From Octopus bimaculoides (taxonomy: Eukaryota): a stretch of 53,090 nucleotides of DNA. A program made the translations under genes and the position numbers. Below the pieces are notes generated by a model. That model was not told where the DNA came from, ran no database searches, and saw nothing but the letters and a program-made list of their open reading frames with translations. The stretch covers positions 33,379,148 to 33,432,237 of the forward strand of contig NC_068987.1 in the NCBI RefSeq assembly GCF_001194135.2, written 5' to 3'. The first letter of the stretch is position 1, and each line of letters opens with the position of its first letter. Below are positions 50,736 to 53,090 of the stretch, piece after piece.

Positions 50736-51745
50736 GCATTTATTTTTGTTTGTAGTAAATATTCTAGAGTTTACTATCTCAATCAATGATGTTGGCACAA
50801 TCACATGATTAGCGATTTAGAGGATATTCAAGAACTTCCTAACATAAAGCTGTTGCCAACAGCAAGCATAGATTTTATCGTATTGCTAAATTATCGTCAG
50901 TATAGTTACTCTAATGTTTCTAGTTGTTCACTTCATTGTGTGATATGTTGACAAATGAAAGGATATGTACAGGCACAGAATACATATTTTCAGATATCTT
51001 AAAAAAAATATGTATAACTTTAAGTATGTATTCACGTAAAAGTGTATGTGTGCGATGTGTGTGTTTGTGTGTATTTTGTGCATTGTGCAGGTTTACGTGT
51101 ATGTATATATATTTACATTTTACCAATCTTCCGTTTAATAGTGATATGCGTATTGCCATGTATTGCAGGCAATATTTTGCGCTGTATTGTAAGGTAATAT
51201 AATCTGTTTGTTACCCTTCTGGCAAACTAAAATCGTTATTACATGTTTGTTTGCTGGAAATTATTTCTAAATTATCTGTTCTAATTTTTGAGACAACAAT
51301 TTAACCTCGAGATAATCTCTTACAAAAAAAGCAAAGAAATATATTTTTTTCCTTTTGCCTCTCCGAATTTTTCTTAATTACATCTTATATTTCACAAATT
51401 AATGCATTTTCTACCATTTAAACACCTTAGGCATAAAGTAACTTCCAAATAACCTTTATAGAACAAAAAAAGAACAAAATGAAGAAAAGAATTAAGCTTT
51501 GAAATGTAATCTAAAACTAAACAACGTAATACATTAATAAAGAGAAGACAAGGTAGCAAGCAAAATATCAGATTTTGTTAATCATGGAAAAACTTCATGT
51601 TTTTAAAATGCTTTTCTACTATTTTGTACATTTTCGGAAATAAATGTCAGCATAACATCGGTTACAGCAGTAAAATACTGTATATGTCATAGGCGCTGTA
51701 TTTAGTATCAACGCATGCAGATAGATAAAGATACATGCATAGAGA

Positions 51746-51935
51746 TACGTTGTTGTTGTTGGCACTCCGTCGCTTACGACGTCGAGGGTTCCAGTTGATC
51801 CGATCAACGCAACAGCCTGCTCGTGAAATTAATGTGCAAGTGGCTGAGCACTCCACATACACGTGTACTCATAATGTAGTTCTCGGGGATATTCAGCGTG
51901 ACACAGTGTGACAAGGCTGACCGTTTGAATTACAG
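51746..51935 (-). mobile_element. 3' part of another octopus SINE family with an (AAC)n tail
   Basis: Minus strand ...GTGGAGTGCTCAGCCACTTGCACATTAATTTCACGAGCAGGCTGTTGCGTTGATCGGATCAACTGGAACCCTCGACGTCGTAAGCGACGGAGTGCCAACAACAAC. Confidence 0.7.
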
Positions 51936-52198
51936 GCCATTGCGTCTCCACAGAGAGATAAATATACACACAATATATATGCAAACACAGACGTGAGTAC
52001 ATATTTACAAAACAAGAATGAGAACATATTACTCGAATACCAAGTACTAAATGTAGAGTAAAATAGTATTTTAATCAAATGACTTCAGAAAATGTTTCTC
52101 AGTTTCATGTAACCGAAACACCAAACACTCATGAACGTTATAAATATATCTAAAAATTCGCCGAATAACCTTTTTTTTTGCACACATTTTATAATCCT

Positions 52199-52384
52199 TT
52201 CTACTAGAGTCACAATATTTAGAGGGAATGGGCCGGGTCAGTCGACTACCTCGACTTAATTTATCGACCCCGAAAGGATGAAACAGTCGATTTCGTCAGC
52301 CGCATTTGAACTCAGAACGTAAAGACAGATGAAATACCGCTAAGCATTTCCCTCGGCGTGCTAACGATTCTGTCAGCTCGCCGC
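52199..52384 (-). mobile_element. tRNA-derived SINE of the 9077 family
   Basis: ttatcgaccccgaaaggatgaaa...atttgaactcagaacgtaaagacagatgaaataccgctaagcatttccctcggcgtgctaacgattctgtcagctcgccgc. Confidence 0.88.
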
Positions 52385-53090
52385 AGTTTTCATATTTTGA
52401 TTAGTCAAGAATAATGTATGCTAAAATACCCATGCTTGAAACAGAATAAAAGAAATATTAACCAAAAATGTTAAGATTTCTAAATAATAGCCAAATTACA
52501 TCTAGAACAATTATCACCTAGAAGTAACAAGCCGACCAATGATGTTCTCAAGTGATAACGAACATCTTCCCAACATAAACTGGTGAAAAACCCTAAATAA
52601 CAAAAGACAGATTTCTGAGTTTTAATCTTCACATTCTCTAAACAAAACATTGAATAACCTATTAATATCCAATTAAAATTAATTAATAGTGTATGTATTG
52701 GCACATCTGCCTATCAAACTTTCACCTTAGTACATTATCATGTGAACTCTTCTGACTTTAAGATGATACATATATATATTCACATCTGATTACAAATTTC
52801 TATATGCACGAATAAATTCTAAACGATTGTACAAACGCAAAATTTATTCAATTAAAACTCCTCATAACAATTTCACTTCACAACCTGTTATACATCCTAA
52901 TTATTCATTAAAGCTCAGATTACTTTAAAAAACTCTAACTTAAGAGAAAAGATATTAAGTTAAGATGAACCACAGCCCGACAATTGGTTAGCTGGATAAA
53001 CTTCAATGTCACTGTCAACACCATTCTTGTTAAATAATTATGTATGCGTTTTGCATGTGTATGTATGTATATATATATATATATATATAT

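Overview
AT-rich animal genomic DNA, very probably octopus (coleoid cephalopod). This is inferred from the tRNA-derived SINE families, the dense microsatellites and the many N-gaps next to microsatellites. No intact, recognisable protein-coding gene is present, and most entries in the ORF track are artefacts of microsatellites or N-runs. The window is a transposon graveyard. It holds about a dozen decayed R4/Dong-type (RLE) non-LTR retrotransposon pieces clustered on (TAA)n arrays, plus Tx1/L1, RTE and CR1-like LINE fragments. It also holds a MULE transposon with both ends, mariner/Tc1 remnants and a dozen or more SINE copies. The most interesting unexplained signal is three different families of minimal type-I hammerhead-ribozyme-like motifs, each with a palindromic helix III, which is the Penelope-like/retrozyme pattern. 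One has an intact catalytic core and sits in a ~300 bp foldback at 35765-36058. There are also four long inverted-repeat (foldback/MITE-like) structures and a few short plus-strand exon candidates with good splice signals but no recognisable homology. All alignments and folds were done by eye; none were computed.
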